NCBI RefSeq assembly: GCF_042660085.1
Contig: NZ_JBHSTI010000008.1
Coordinates: 2,145,604-2,177,603, forward strand
Origin: Longivirga aurantiaca
GTDB taxonomy: Bacteria > Actinomycetota > Actinomycetes > S36-B12 > CAIYMF01
Reading direction: 5' to 3'
DNA length: 32,000 nt
The notes under the pieces are model-generated. The model had not been told where the DNA came from and did not search any database. It saw only the letters and a list, made by a program, of their open reading frames with translations. A program made the position numbers and the translations under genes. Positions 1-8,520 of the stretch are shown here, one piece after another. How positions within the stretch are numbered: position 1 is the stretch's first letter; each line of letters begins with the position of its first letter.

Positions 1-207
1 GCCGTCGAGGCTGCGGCCCTCGTAGAACTGGACGTCGACGTGGCTGAACGGCTCGAGCCGGGCACCGATGCGCGAGGTGGTCTTGCGGACTCCCTTGGCG
101 ACCGCGCGGATGCGGCCGTGGTCGCGCGTGAGCAGCGTGACGATGCGGTCGGCCTCCCCCAGCTTCTGGGCGCGCAGGACGACGCCTTCGTCGCGGTAGA
201 GGCTCAC
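1..207 (-). CDS. recO: DNA repair protein RecO, N-terminal fragment (runs off the left window edge)
   Basis: Absent from the ORF track because it is truncated. Hand translation of the minus strand from GTG at 207-205 gives [69 protein letters not shown], a typical RecO N-terminal opening. A GGGAGAG SD-like run lies about 9 nt upstream. recO classically follows era. Confidence 0.8.
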   Translation of the reverse strand, partial: MSLYRDEGVVLRAQKLGEADRIVTLLTRDHGRIRAVAKGVRKTTSRIGARLEPFSHVDVQFYEGRSLDG

Positions 208-321
208 TGCGGCATTCTCTCCCGCGCCACCCGCTGCCACCTCGTGTGACACGGGTGCGGCGGACCCCGGAGCAGCCGGTGCCGGGGTAGCGTCGTCCGA
301 CAGGACGAGCGAGGAGGCACG

Positions 322-1569
322 GTGGCCGACGACGACCTCACCGCCAGGATCGCCCGGCGCGGCGACCCCGAGGCGGTCCCGGTGCGCTTCGACAACAAGG
401 CGCTGCGCCGCTCGGTCCTATCGGTGCTGCTCGTGTTCCTCGCCTTCACGGTCGCGGTGTGGCTCTTCGGCCAGCTGAGCCACTTCCTGCTGGTGCTGCT
501 GCTCGCCTGGCTGCTCTCGATCGCGATGGAGCCCGGCGTCGCCTGGCTGTCGAACCACGGCTGGCGCCGAGGTGCCGCCACGGGACTCGTCCTGCTCACC
601 ATCGTGCTCGTCACGCTGGGGTTCCTCGGACTGTTCGGCGGGCTGTTCTTCACCCAGCTCGCCGACCTCGTGCAGCAGCTGCCGGCGGTCGTCACCGACA
701 TCATCGAGTGGCTCAACACCACGTTCGACCTGAAGCTCGACCCGAACAACGTGCTCGAGCTGCTGCAGATCTCGCCGTCCCAGATCACCTTGCTGGCCAC
801 CAACCTCGCCGGAGGCGTGCTCGGGGTCTTCGGCCTGCTGTTCGGCACGCTGTTCGACGCGCTCACCATGCTGGTGTTCGCCTTCTACTTCTCCGCCGAC
901 GGCCCGCGCCTGCGCCGCGCGGTCGGATCGTGGTTGCCGCTGGAGTCGCAGAGGGTGTTCGTCGCCGTCTGGGACATCGCCGTCACCAAGACCGGCGGCT
1001 TCGTGGTCTCCAAGGTCATCCTGGCCACGCTGTCGTCGCTCGCGCACTCGATCGCGTTCTTCGTGATCGGGGTGCCGTACTGGCTCCCGATGGGTGTGTT
1101 CGCCGGCGTCGTGAGCCAGTTCATCCCGACCATCGGCACCTACATCGGCATCATCGTGCCGGCCGCTTTCGCGGCGTTCGAGCAGCCGCTCGACGTCGTC
1201 TGGATCGTCGCCTTCGCGACGCTCTACCAGCAGCTCGAGAACTACGTCTTCACCCCGCGCGTGAGCCGCGTGACGATGGACATCCATCCCGCTCTGGCAC
1301 TGGGGTCGGTGTTCCTCGGAGTGGCGCTGTTCGGTCCCATCGGCGCGATCATCGGCATCCCGCTGGCAGCGGCGGCCCTCGCGGTGATGGACACGTACGG
1401 CAAGCGGCGCGAGCTCATCCCCGAGCTGCAGGTGCGCACGAAGGGCGAGAAGCCTGCCAGGCACGGCGACGCCTTCGCCGGCGACCCCGACGTCGTCACC
1501 CCTGCCGGGCTCCCGCTCTCGGACGCGCCTGCGGAGGCCGCAGCACCCGATCGGGTCAACGAGACCTGA
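322..1569 (+). CDS. AI-2E family (PerM/UPF0118) integral membrane transporter
   Basis: 415-aa ORF with a GTG start at 322, preceded by GAGGAGG (311-317). Multiple hydrophobic helices and the family-typical C-terminal core ENYVFTPRV...[34 protein letters not shown]. High GC3. The overlapping ORFs 418..1464(-) and 459..1622(+) are Arg/Asp/Pro-rich artefacts. Confidence 0.8.
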   Translation: MADDDLTARIARRGDPEAVPVRFDNKALRRSVLSVLLVFLAFTVAVWLFGQLSHFLLVLLLAWLLSIAMEPGVAWLSNHGWRRGAATGLVLLTIVLVTLGFLGLFGGLFFTQLADLVQQLPAVVTDIIEWLNTTFDLKLDPNNVLELLQISPSQITLLATNLAGGVLGVFGLLFGTLFDALTMLVFAFYFSADGPRLRRAVGSWLPLESQRVFVAVWDIAVTKTGGFVVSKVILATLSSLAHSIAFFVIGVPYWLPMGVFAGVVSQFIPTIGTYIGIIVPAAFAAFEQPLDVVWIVAFATLYQQLENYVFTPRVSRVTMDIHPALALGSVFLGVALFGPIGAIIGIPLAAAALAVMDTYGKRRELIPELQVRTKGEKPARHGDAFAGDPDVVTPAGLPLSDAPAEAAAPDRVNET

Positions 1570-1708
1570 CCCGCGCGCCAGACCTGCTCACGGTCCGCTC
1601 AAGGCCCCGTGCGCACGTCTGACCGGTCACCGGACCTCGGTCACCCTGGGAGCGACGCGCACGAGCGCGCCCCGGCGCACCCGCCGGTCCCCAGACCCGG
1701 AGCCACCC

Positions 1709-2485
1709 GTGACCAGCACCGCGAGCGCATGGACCCGTGACGACGCCGCGTCGGACGCCGACGCGCGCCAGGAGATCCGCGACCTCGTGACCCGGCTCGC
1801 GGCCACGATCGGGTCCTGTCCCGACGACGACCGCCTCCTGCGCTCGGTCCTGCTCGACCTGCCGACCCGCCTCCAGGCGTCGGCCGCACTCCTGGCACGC
1901 GTCCGGAAGGACGGTGCGCTCGCCGTGGTCAGCCGCTTCGGCCGGGTCCACCTCGGCGAGGACGTGCTCGTGATCGGCGCCGACGAGGACTGCCCTGCCA
2001 CCCGCGCGCTGGGTCAGGCGGAGCCGCTCATCGTCGTCGCGACCGATGACGCCACGGCGCCGTCCACGTCCCTGCCCGAGGGCGGGGCACCCCTGGCCGC
2101 CGTCCGGGTCCTGTCCCGCGACGTCCCCGCCGCGGTGCTCGTCGTCTTCTTCGACGCCGTGGCCGACGGCGTCGCCGACCATCTCGCCGTGGTGCGCGAC
2201 CTGCTCGCCCTGCACGCCCAGGTGATGTGGCCGTCGCCGCTGCTCGCGCCTGGGGAGCGGCACCTGCACGGGCTTCCGGCCCCCGAGGACGACGGGCTCA
2301 CCCCGCGCCGGCTCACCGTCCTGCGCTACATGTCGGCGGGCCTGTCCAACCGGGCCATCGCGGACAGGATCGGCTTCAGCGAGTCGACCGTCCGGCACGA
2401 GACGATGGCCATCTACCGGGCGTTCGGCGTCGGTGACCGGCGTACGGCAGCGCTCGTCGCGCGCACGCGAGGCCTGCTCGACTAG
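1709..2485 (+). CDS. LuxR-family transcriptional regulator (about 190-aa N-terminal sensor-like domain plus C-terminal LuxR/GerE HTH)
   Basis: The C-terminus LTPRRLTVLRYMSAGLSNRAIADRIGFSESTVRHETMAIYRAFGVGDRRTAAL is a canonical LuxR/GerE helix-turn-helix. GTG start at 1709 with GGAG about 8 nt upstream. I could not assign the N-terminal domain by eye (possibly GAF-like). Confidence 0.75.
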   Translation: MTSTASAWTRDDAASDADARQEIRDLVTRLAATIGSCPDDDRLLRSVLLDLPTRLQASAALLARVRKDGALAVVSRFGRVHLGEDVLVIGADEDCPATRALGQAEPLIVVATDDATAPSTSLPEGGAPLAAVRVLSRDVPAAVLVVFFDAVADGVADHLAVVRDLLALHAQVMWPSPLLAPGERHLHGLPAPEDDGLTPRRLTVLRYMSAGLSNRAIADRIGFSESTVRHETMAIYRAFGVGDRRTAALVARTRGLLD

Positions 2486-3412
2486 TCAGAAACCGAGCTT
2501 GCGCAGCTGCTTGGGGTCGCGCTGCCAGTCGGCCGCGACCTTGACGCGCAGGTCGAGATGCACCTTCGTGCCGAGCAGGGCCTCGATCTGCTTGCGCGAG
2601 GTCATGCCCACGTCGCGCAGCCGAGAACCCTTGTGCCCGATGATGATCCCCTTCTGGCTGTCGCGCTCGACGTAGAGCGACGCGTGCACGTCCAGCAGCG
2701 GGTTGTCGGCCGAGCGACCCTCCCGCGGCACCATCTCGTCGACGACGACGGCGATCGAGTGCGGCAGCTCGTCGTGCACGCCCTCGAGCGCGGCCTCGCG
2801 GATGAGCTCGGCCACCATGATGAGCTCGGGCTCGTCGGTGAGCTCGCCCTCGGGGTAGAGCGGCGGGCCGTCGGGCAGCAGGCCCACGAGGAGGTCGGCG
2901 AGCAGCTGCACCTGGTCTCCCGCGACTGCGGACACCGGCACGATCTCGGCCCACTCGAAGCCGAGGCTCTCCGCCAGCTTGGCGACCTCGAGCAGACGCT
3001 TGCCGACGGTCTCGTGCTCGACGAGGTCGGTCTTGGTGACGATCGCGACCTTCGGCGTGCGCTTCGCGGTGGCGAGCTGGGTGGCGATCCAGCGGTCGCC
3101 CGGGCCGACCGGCTCGTCGGCCGGCACGCAGAAGCCGATCACGTCGACCTCGGCCCAGGTCTCCTGGACGAGCGCGTTGAGCCGCTCGCCGAGGAGCGTG
3201 CGCGGCTTGTGCACCCCGGGCGTGTCGACGAGCACGAGCTGCGCGTCGTCGCGGTGGACGATGCCGCGGATCGTGTGCCGCGTCGTCTGCGGCTTGCTCG
3301 AGGTGATGGCGACCTTGTCGCCCACGATCGCGTTGGTGAGCGTGGACTTGCCCGCATTGGGTCGACCGACGAAGCAGGCGAAGCCGGAGCGGTGCTCGGA
3401 GGTGTCGGTCAC
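2486..3412 (-). CDS. era: GTPase Era
   Basis: 308 aa. G1 motif GRPNAGKST, G3 DTPG, G4 TKTD, and a C-terminal KH domain (GIIIGHKGSRLRDVG). The GTG start overlaps the stop of the upstream EamA gene (GTGA at 3409-3412). Confidence 0.95.
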   Translation of the reverse strand: MTDTSEHRSGFACFVGRPNAGKSTLTNAIVGDKVAITSSKPQTTRHTIRGIVHRDDAQLVLVDTPGVHKPRTLLGERLNALVQETWAEVDVIGFCVPADEPVGPGDRWIATQLATAKRTPKVAIVTKTDLVEHETVGKRLLEVAKLAESLGFEWAEIVPVSAVAGDQVQLLADLLVGLLPDGPPLYPEGELTDEPELIMVAELIREAALEGVHDELPHSIAVVVDEMVPREGRSADNPLLDVHASLYVERDSQKGIIIGHKGSRLRDVGMTSRKQIEALLGTKVHLDLRVKVAADWQRDPKQLRKLGF

Positions 3413-4329
3413 GGGAGTGATTGTCCCTCACCGAGACGGGACGCCGCGCCCTGCAGCGCCAGCCCGGCCAGGACGCACCCCACGCCGACCCATCCGAGCA
3501 GCGGGATCGTCTCGCCCAGCACGAGGACGCCGAGCAGCGTGGCGACCACCGGCTCGGCCAGCACGAGCGTGGTGACGGGGCCGGCCGGAAGGTGCGTCAG
3601 GCCGCGACCGAACAGGACGTACGCCAGCGTGGTCGTCACCAGCCCCAGCCAGAGCGCCATCGCGATCCCGCTCGGCGTCCCGAGCCAGGCGAGCGGCTGC
3701 GTCAGGAGCACGGGCACGAGCAGAAGCCCGCCGAGGCCGAACGCCGCGGCCATCACCTCGTCGCTGCGGTGCCCCTCGTTCATCAGCCGCTTGGAGGCCA
3801 CGGTGTAGAAGGCGTACCCGAGGCCGGAGGTCAGGGCCAGCAGGTAGCCGAGCGCGTCGGCCTCGCCGGCCGAGGACCCGCTGCCGATCAGCAGCACGAG
3901 CCCGACCACGCATACCGAGGTGGCGACCACCCACGAGAGGCGCGGCCGCTCGCGCAGGAACACCCACGACAGCAGCCCCGTGAAGACCGGCCCGCTCCCG
4001 ATGGTGACGAGCGTGCCGACGGCGACGCCGGCGCGCAGGACCCCGCCGAAGAAGCAGACCTGGTAGAGCGCGGTCGTCAGGCCGGCGAGGATCCCCCAGC
4101 GCGTGCGCCAGAGCGCGAGCGCGTCCCGCCGGCTGCCGCCGATCCACGGGAGGACGGCGAACAGGCCGGCGCCGCCGATCGCGATGCGGACCGCGCCGAC
4201 GCCGAGCGGCGTGGTGCCCGAGGGCCCGAGCGCCTGGCTCGTGCCCGTGGTGCCGAAGAGCGTCGCGGCGCCCAGCACCGACAGCACGGCGCGGCCACGG
4301 CCGCTCTGCACGGCCCGGTCGGTGCTCAC
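3409..4329 (-). CDS. EamA/DMT-family transporter
   Basis: 306 aa, about 10 hydrophobic helices arranged as two EamA-like halves. High GC3. Tightly packed between the CDA-like gene (5-nt gap) and era (4-nt overlap). Confidence 0.75.
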   Translation of the reverse strand: MSTDRAVQSGRGRAVLSVLGAATLFGTTGTSQALGPSGTTPLGVGAVRIAIGGAGLFAVLPWIGGSRRDALALWRTRWGILAGLTTALYQVCFFGGVLRAGVAVGTLVTIGSGPVFTGLLSWVFLRERPRLSWVVATSVCVVGLVLLIGSGSSAGEADALGYLLALTSGLGYAFYTVASKRLMNEGHRSDEVMAAAFGLGGLLLVPVLLTQPLAWLGTPSGIAMALWLGLVTTTLAYVLFGRGLTHLPAGPVTTLVLAEPVVATLLGVLVLGETIPLLGWVGVGCVLAGLALQGAASRLGEGQSLP

Positions 4330-4334
4330 GCGCG

Positions 4335-4706
4335 TCAGGTCGTGACGACGGCGAGGACGACGGCGTCCGTGCCGACGACGACGACGGGCACGCCCGGTCC
4401 GCCGAGGTCGCGCACTGCCTCGACGTCGAGCGCGTCGAGGTCGGCGTCCCGGCGTACGACGACGGCCGCCTCGAGGCCGCGCGCGCCGGACGCCGCAGCC
4501 TGCGCGACGGCGAGCCGCAAGGCCGAGAGCGCAAGCGAGCCGAGGGCGACGGTGGCGCCCGAGTAGGTGCGGCCGGTCTCGTCGCGGACCGCAGCACCTT
4601 CCGCCGCACCGACGCGTCCGCGCGCGCCGCGCGCGAGGGTCGCGAGCTTGGCGTCCTCGGCCGGCAGGTCGGCGGCCGGCGTGCCCGCCGCGATCTGGTC
4701 AGCCAT
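4335..4706 (-). CDS. Cytidine-deaminase-fold protein lacking catalytic and zinc-ligand residues (function unknown)
   Basis: ATG at 4706 ([11 protein letters not shown]...), 2 nt after the corC stop. The upstream part of tracked ORF 4335..4892 overlaps the corC coding sequence and is rejected. [38 protein letters not shown] aligns by eye to the CDA core (..G..Y.G.N.E......CAER.A...A...G), but C-A-E is replaced by S-A-L and PCGxC by DVEAV. Confidence 0.65.
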   Translation of the reverse strand: MADQIAAGTPAADLPAEDAKLATLARGARGRVGAAEGAAVRDETGRTYSGATVALGSLALSALRLAVAQAAASGARGLEAAVVVRRDADLDALDVEAVRDLGGPGVPVVVVGTDAVVLAVVTT

Positions 4707-6009
4707 CGGAGCCCTCGTCCTCGTCGTCGTCCTCCACCGGCACCACCGGCTCCGCGAGCACGGTACCGATCCGGTTGCGCCGGCCCGCGGCAGACTCCGC
4801 CGTGAGGTCCCAGCCGTCGACCGTGATGCGGGCACCCGGGATCGGCACGCGGCCGAGCCGCAGGGCGAGCAGGCCGCCGACGGTGTCGACACCCTCCTCC
4901 TCGCCGTCGATGTCGATGCCGACGAGGTCGGCGAAGTCGTCGACGTGCATGCGCGCGTGCACGCGGTAGGAGCCGTGCGCGAGCTTCTCGACCTCGGGCA
5001 CCTCGGTGTCGTACTCGTCGGCGATCTCCCCGACGATCTCCTCGACGACGTCCTCGATCGTGACGATGCCGGCGGTGCCGCCGTACTCGTCGACGAGGAC
5101 CGCCAGGTGCGTGCGGGCGGCCTGCATGTCCCTCAGCAGGTCGTCGGCGCGCTTGCTGTCAGGCACCATGAACACCGATCGCATCAGGCTCGCGACCCGC
5201 TCGCTGTTCTCCGCCTCGTGGTGCTCGAAGGTCCGACGTACGAGGTCCTTGAGGTAGACCACGCCGACGATGTCGTCGACGTTCTCGCCGACGACGGGGA
5301 TGCGCGAGAAGCCGCTGCGCAGCGCGAGCGAGATCGCCTGGCGCAGGGTCTTGGTGGTCTCGACGAACACCATCTCGGTGCGGGGCACCATCAGCTCGCG
5401 GGCCGTGGTGTCGCCGAGCTCGAAGACCGAGTGGATCATCTGGCGCTCGTCGTCCTCGATGAGGTCGCTCGCGCCGGCGAGGTCGACGAGCTCGCGCAGC
5501 TCGGCCTGCGACGCGAACGGCCCGCGCTTGAAGCCGCGGCCCGGCGTGAGCGCGTTGCCGACGAGGATGAGCAGGCTGGTGATCGGGCCGAGGAGGACGG
5601 CGAGGGCGCGTGCCAGACCGGCCGTGCGCAGCGCGATGCGGTCGGCGTGCTGGACGCCGAGGGTGCGCGGCGCGACGCCGAGCGCGACGAACCCGAGCAC
5701 CACCATGACGAGCGCCGACGCGACGAGCCGCCACCACACGTCGCCGGGCACGAGCTCGAGGAAGGCGCGGGTGACGAGCACCGTCGCCGAGACGAACAGC
5801 AGCGTGTGCAGGAACAGCAGCACGTTGACGTAGCGGGCACGGTCGTCGAGCAGCACGCGCAGGCGCACGGCGCCCGCCTCGCCCTCGCGCTGGAGCTCGT
5901 CGACCCGGGCGATCGAGACGCGGCCGAACGCGGTCTCGCCCGCGACGAGGAAGGCCGCGAGCACGACAAGCACGGCCGCGACGAAGAGCGACCAGCCCTC
6001 GGCCGTCAT
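4699..6009 (-). CDS. HlyC/CorC-family protein (DUF21 membrane domain, CBS pair, CorC_HlyC C-terminal domain)
   Basis: Only the lower part of the 1017-aa tracked ORF 4699..7752 is real. ATG at 6009 ([20 protein letters not shown]...) overlaps the ybeY stop (ATGA). N-terminal transmembrane (TM) helices, then CBS-type segments ([14 protein letters not shown]..., [51 protein letters not shown]), then a transporter-associated C-terminus. Confidence 0.9.
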   Translation of the reverse strand: MTAEGWSLFVAAVLVVLAAFLVAGETAFGRVSIARVDELQREGEAGAVRLRVLLDDRARYVNVLLFLHTLLFVSATVLVTRAFLELVPGDVWWRLVASALVMVVLGFVALGVAPRTLGVQHADRIALRTAGLARALAVLLGPITSLLILVGNALTPGRGFKRGPFASQAELRELVDLAGASDLIEDDERQMIHSVFELGDTTARELMVPRTEMVFVETTKTLRQAISLALRSGFSRIPVVGENVDDIVGVVYLKDLVRRTFEHHEAENSERVASLMRSVFMVPDSKRADDLLRDMQAARTHLAVLVDEYGGTAGIVTIEDVVEEIVGEIADEYDTEVPEVEKLAHGSYRVHARMHVDDFADLVGIDIDGEEEGVDTVGGLLALRLGRVPIPGARITVDGWDLTAESAAGRRNRIGTVLAEPVVPVEDDDEDEGSDG

Positions 6010-6470
6010 CGGTCTCCGGCGGCGAGGGCCACCCACTCCGCCAGCAGCCGGGCCTGCAGCCCGAACATCTCGGCGTGCTCCTCGGGCTCGGCGTGGTCGT
6101 AGCCGAGCAGGTGCAGGATCCCGTGGGTCAGCAGCAGCGCGACCTCGTCCTCGAGGCGGTGGCCCGCGGCCTCGGCCTGCTTCGCAGCCACCTGCGGGCA
6201 GATGACGACGTCGCCGAGCAGGCCCTCCTCGGGCTCCTCGTCGTCCTTGGTCGGACGCAGCTCGTCCATCGGGAACGACATGACGTCGGTGGGGCCCGGC
6301 TCGTCCATCCACTTCACGTGCAGGTCGGTCATGGCCGCCTCGTCGATCAGCACGACCGACAGATCCGCCTGCGGGTGGATGCGCAGCCGGCCGAGGGTGA
6401 AGCGGGCCTGCGCCTCGAGGGAGTCGACGTCGATCGCGACGTCGGTCTCGTTGACGACCTCGATGCTCAT
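6006..6470 (-). CDS. ybeY: rRNA maturation endoribonuclease YbeY
   Basis: 154 aa with the zinc-binding motif [11 protein letters not shown]. Sits in the conserved phoH-ybeY-corC order. Confidence 0.95.
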   Translation of the reverse strand: MSIEVVNETDVAIDVDSLEAQARFTLGRLRIHPQADLSVVLIDEAAMTDLHVKWMDEPGPTDVMSFPMDELRPTKDDEEPEEGLLGDVVICPQVAAKQAEAAGHRLEDEVALLLTHGILHLLGYDHAEPEEHAEMFGLQARLLAEWVALAAGDR

Positions 6471-6479
6471 GCCGCGCCC

Positions 6480-7511
6480 CTAGATCCGGCGCGTCCGGCG
6501 CGCGGGGCGCTCGGCCTTCTGCGCGGTCTCGTGCTGCTCGGCGTCGTGCCGGGCGTAGGCATCGACGATCTTGCCGACGAGCTTGTGGCGCACGACGTCC
6601 TGGCTGTGCAGGCGGCAGAAGGCGACGTCGTCGATGCCCTCGAGGATCGACTCGACCACCTTGAGGCCGGACGCAGTGCCGCTCGGGAGATCGACCTGCG
6701 TGGTGTCGCCGGTGACGACCATCGTGGAGTTGAACCCAAGGCGGGTGAGGAACATCTTCATCTGCTCGGCCGAGGTGTTCTGCGCCTCGTCGAGGATGAT
6801 GAACGCGTCGTTGAGCGTGCGTCCGCGCATGTACGCGAGGGGCGCCACCTCGATCGTGCCGCTGGTCATGAGCCGCGGGATGAGGTCGGGGTCGATCATG
6901 TCGTGCAGCGCGTCGTACAGCGGGCGGAGGTAGGGATCGATCTTCTCGCTCAGCGTGCCCGGCAGGAAGCCGAGCCGCTCGCCCGCCTCGACCGCCGGGC
7001 GCGTGAGGATGATCCGGGTGATGGCCTTGGTGTTCAGCGCCTGCACGGCCTTGGCGACCGCGAGGTAGGTCTTGCCCGTTCCGGCCGGGCCGATGCCGAA
7101 CGTGATCGTGTGCTCGTCGATGGCATCGACGTACTTCTTCTGGTTCAGCGTCTTCGGCCGGATCGTGCGGCCGCGGTTCGAGAGGATGTTGGCGGTGAGG
7201 ATGTCTGCGGGGCGCGGGGCGTCGCTCTCGCGCAGCATCGTGATGAGGCGCTCGACCTGGTCGGCGGTGAGCCCCTGGCCGGTGCGGACGATCGCGAGCA
7301 TCTCGCCGACGACACGGTCGACCAGCGCCACCTCGGCGGCGGCGCCGGTGAGCGTGAACTGGTTGCCGCGCACGTGCAGGTCGACCTCGGGGAAGCCCCG
7401 CTCGACCGTGCGCACGAGCTCGTCGCCCGACCCCAGGATGCTGACCATGTCGAGGGACGCCGGGATCACGATCGTCGTCGTGATGTCGGTGGCGGTGGTG
7501 ATAGGGGTCAT
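6480..7511 (-). CDS. phoH: PhoH-like ATPase
   Basis: Walker A motif [13 protein letters not shown] and a PhoH core ([26 protein letters not shown]). Start placed at ATG 7511 (MTPITTATD...): GAGAGG lies 7 nt upstream, and the 19 codons between 7511 and the longest start at 7568 show a clear GC3 drop (several A/T-ending codons). Confidence 0.9.
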   Translation of the reverse strand: MTPITTATDITTTIVIPASLDMVSILGSGDELVRTVERGFPEVDLHVRGNQFTLTGAAAEVALVDRVVGEMLAIVRTGQGLTADQVERLITMLRESDAPRPADILTANILSNRGRTIRPKTLNQKKYVDAIDEHTITFGIGPAGTGKTYLAVAKAVQALNTKAITRIILTRPAVEAGERLGFLPGTLSEKIDPYLRPLYDALHDMIDPDLIPRLMTSGTIEVAPLAYMRGRTLNDAFIILDEAQNTSAEQMKMFLTRLGFNSTMVVTGDTTQVDLPSGTASGLKVVESILEGIDDVAFCRLHSQDVVRHKLVGKIVDAYARHDAEQHETAQKAERPARRTRRI

Positions 7512-7576
7512 GGGTCGGCCTCTCGGGCCGTGACTGCCCTTCGTCGTCGTGGTCGTTGGAGGTCCCATCGTACGGC

Positions 7577-7598
7577 GGGGCGGCGTACGCGGCGCCCC
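7577..7598 (-). terminator. Weak GC hairpin between the HIT gene and phoH (candidate attenuator or terminator)
   Basis: GGGGCGGCGTACGCGGCGCCCC: a 6-bp outer stem GGGGCG/CGCCCC plus 2 inner pairs, 15 nt downstream of the HIT stop. No U-tract. Confidence 0.3.
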
Positions 7599-7612
7599 GG
7601 TTCCCCCTCGGT

Positions 7613-7954
7613 CTAGCCGGGCGGCCAGGACATCGGACGGCCGCCGAGCACGTGCAGGTGCAGGTGGAAGACGGTCTGGCCGGCGTGCGCCCCTGTGTTG
7701 AACACCAGCCGGAAGCCCTCGCCGAGGCCCTCCTGCGCGGCGACGGCAGCACCCGCTGCGAGCAGGCGCCCGGCGAGGTCGGGGTCGGTCGCGGTGAGGG
7801 CCACGACGTCCACGTGGTGCTCCTTCGGCACGACGACGACGTGCGTCGGCGCGGCCGGGGCGATGTCGCGGAACGCGAGCACCTCGTCGGTCTCGAGCAC
7901 CACGGTCGAGGGGATCTCGCCGGCCACGATGCGGCAGAACAGGCAGTCGCTCAT
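7613..7954 (-). CDS. HIT-family (histidine triad) nucleotide-binding protein
   Basis: 113 aa. N-terminal CLFCRI motif and the histidine triad HLHLHVLGG near the C-terminus. Confidence 0.9.
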   Translation of the reverse strand: MSDCLFCRIVAGEIPSTVVLETDEVLAFRDIAPAAPTHVVVVPKEHHVDVVALTATDPDLAGRLLAAGAAVAAQEGLGEGFRLVFNTGAHAGQTVFHLHLHVLGGRPMSWPPG

Positions 7955-7981
7955 GCGACCGACGCTAGCCGACCGGCGCGC

Positions 7982-8455
7982 TCACGTGCGCGGCCGCCAG
8001 CGCTTCCACACCGCGGTCGCCGTGGCGCGCACCTTGTCGTCGTGGATCAGCTCGACCTCAGCGGTCATCTGGTCCTCCCCCGCCTCGACCACGACCCCGC
8101 GCAGCAGGACCGGCTCGCGCAGCGGCGCCGGACGCAGGTAGCGCACGTCGAGCCCTGCCGTGACGTACGACAGAGCCGCGCCCGGAAGCGGGGGCCAGCC
8201 CTGCCGCTCGGCCTCGAGCATCACGGCCGCTGCGCTGTGGCAGTCGAGGACCGTGCCGATGATGCCGCCGTTGAGGAAGCCGAGGCCGTTGTCGTGCTCG
8301 GGCCAGGGTGTGAACGACGCGACGGCACCGCTGCCGTCGTCCGCCGGGTAGCTCGCGAGGCGCAGCCCCTTGTCGTTGGAGGGCCCGCAGCCGAAGCAGG
8401 GCAGGTCCGCGAAGAGCCGCTGCTGGATGCTCGGGCCGCGCTCGTCGGAGGTCAT
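7982..8455 (-). CDS. PaaI-family (hotdog-fold) thioesterase
   Basis: ATG at 8455 (MTSDERGPSIQQRLFADLPCFGCGPSN...). Hotdog core GFLNGGIIGTVLDCHSAAAV. The 39-codon extension in tracked ORF 7982..8572 is Arg/Ser/Gly-rich and looks non-coding. Confidence 0.75.
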   Translation of the reverse strand: MTSDERGPSIQQRLFADLPCFGCGPSNDKGLRLASYPADDGSGAVASFTPWPEHDNGLGFLNGGIIGTVLDCHSAAAVMLEAERQGWPPLPGAALSYVTAGLDVRYLRPAPLREPVLLRGVVVEAGEDQMTAEVELIHDDKVRATATAVWKRWRPRT

Positions 8456-8520
8456 GGCGACAGTCTTGCGTCTGCCTGCCCGACAGCGCGATGACGCGCC
8501 CGTACGCCGGGTCGGCTGAC

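Noticed and set aside
1608-1660. Small palindromes upstream of the LuxR-type gene (CGTGCGCACG at 1608-1617; CCGGTCACCGG near 1633-1643) as autoregulatory operators
   Set aside because: These are short GC-rich palindromes of a size expected by chance in this composition. I saw no repetition or conservation evidence.
322-2485. AI-2E-family transporter plus LuxR-type regulator as an autoinducer-2 quorum-sensing module
   Set aside because: The AI-2E name derives from a single E. coli member, and most family members have unknown substrates. LuxR/GerE HTH domains are generic output domains. No luxS, lsr or autoinducer synthase genes are present. Adjacency alone does not support a quorum-sensing call.
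7512-7568. N-terminal extensions offered by the longest-ORF calls (phoH to 7568; PaaI to 8572; nitroreductase to 11090; rsmE to 12052; RTX2 to 30149; comEC to 27530)
   Set aside because: The extensions show lower GC3 or overlap the upstream gene, lack SD motifs, and add Arg/Ser/Pro/Gly-rich residues ahead of canonical family N-termini. The downstream starts have SD motifs or stop-start overlaps.
4699-7752. A 1017-aa minus-strand ORF apparently fusing corC, ybeY, phoH and HIT space
   Set aside because: Only the last 436 codons (from ATG 6009) encode the CorC/HlyC-family protein. Upstream, the frame overlaps ybeY and phoH, which occupy other frames and carry clear catalytic motifs. The upstream translation is Arg/Pro/His/Gly-rich with no recognisable motif.
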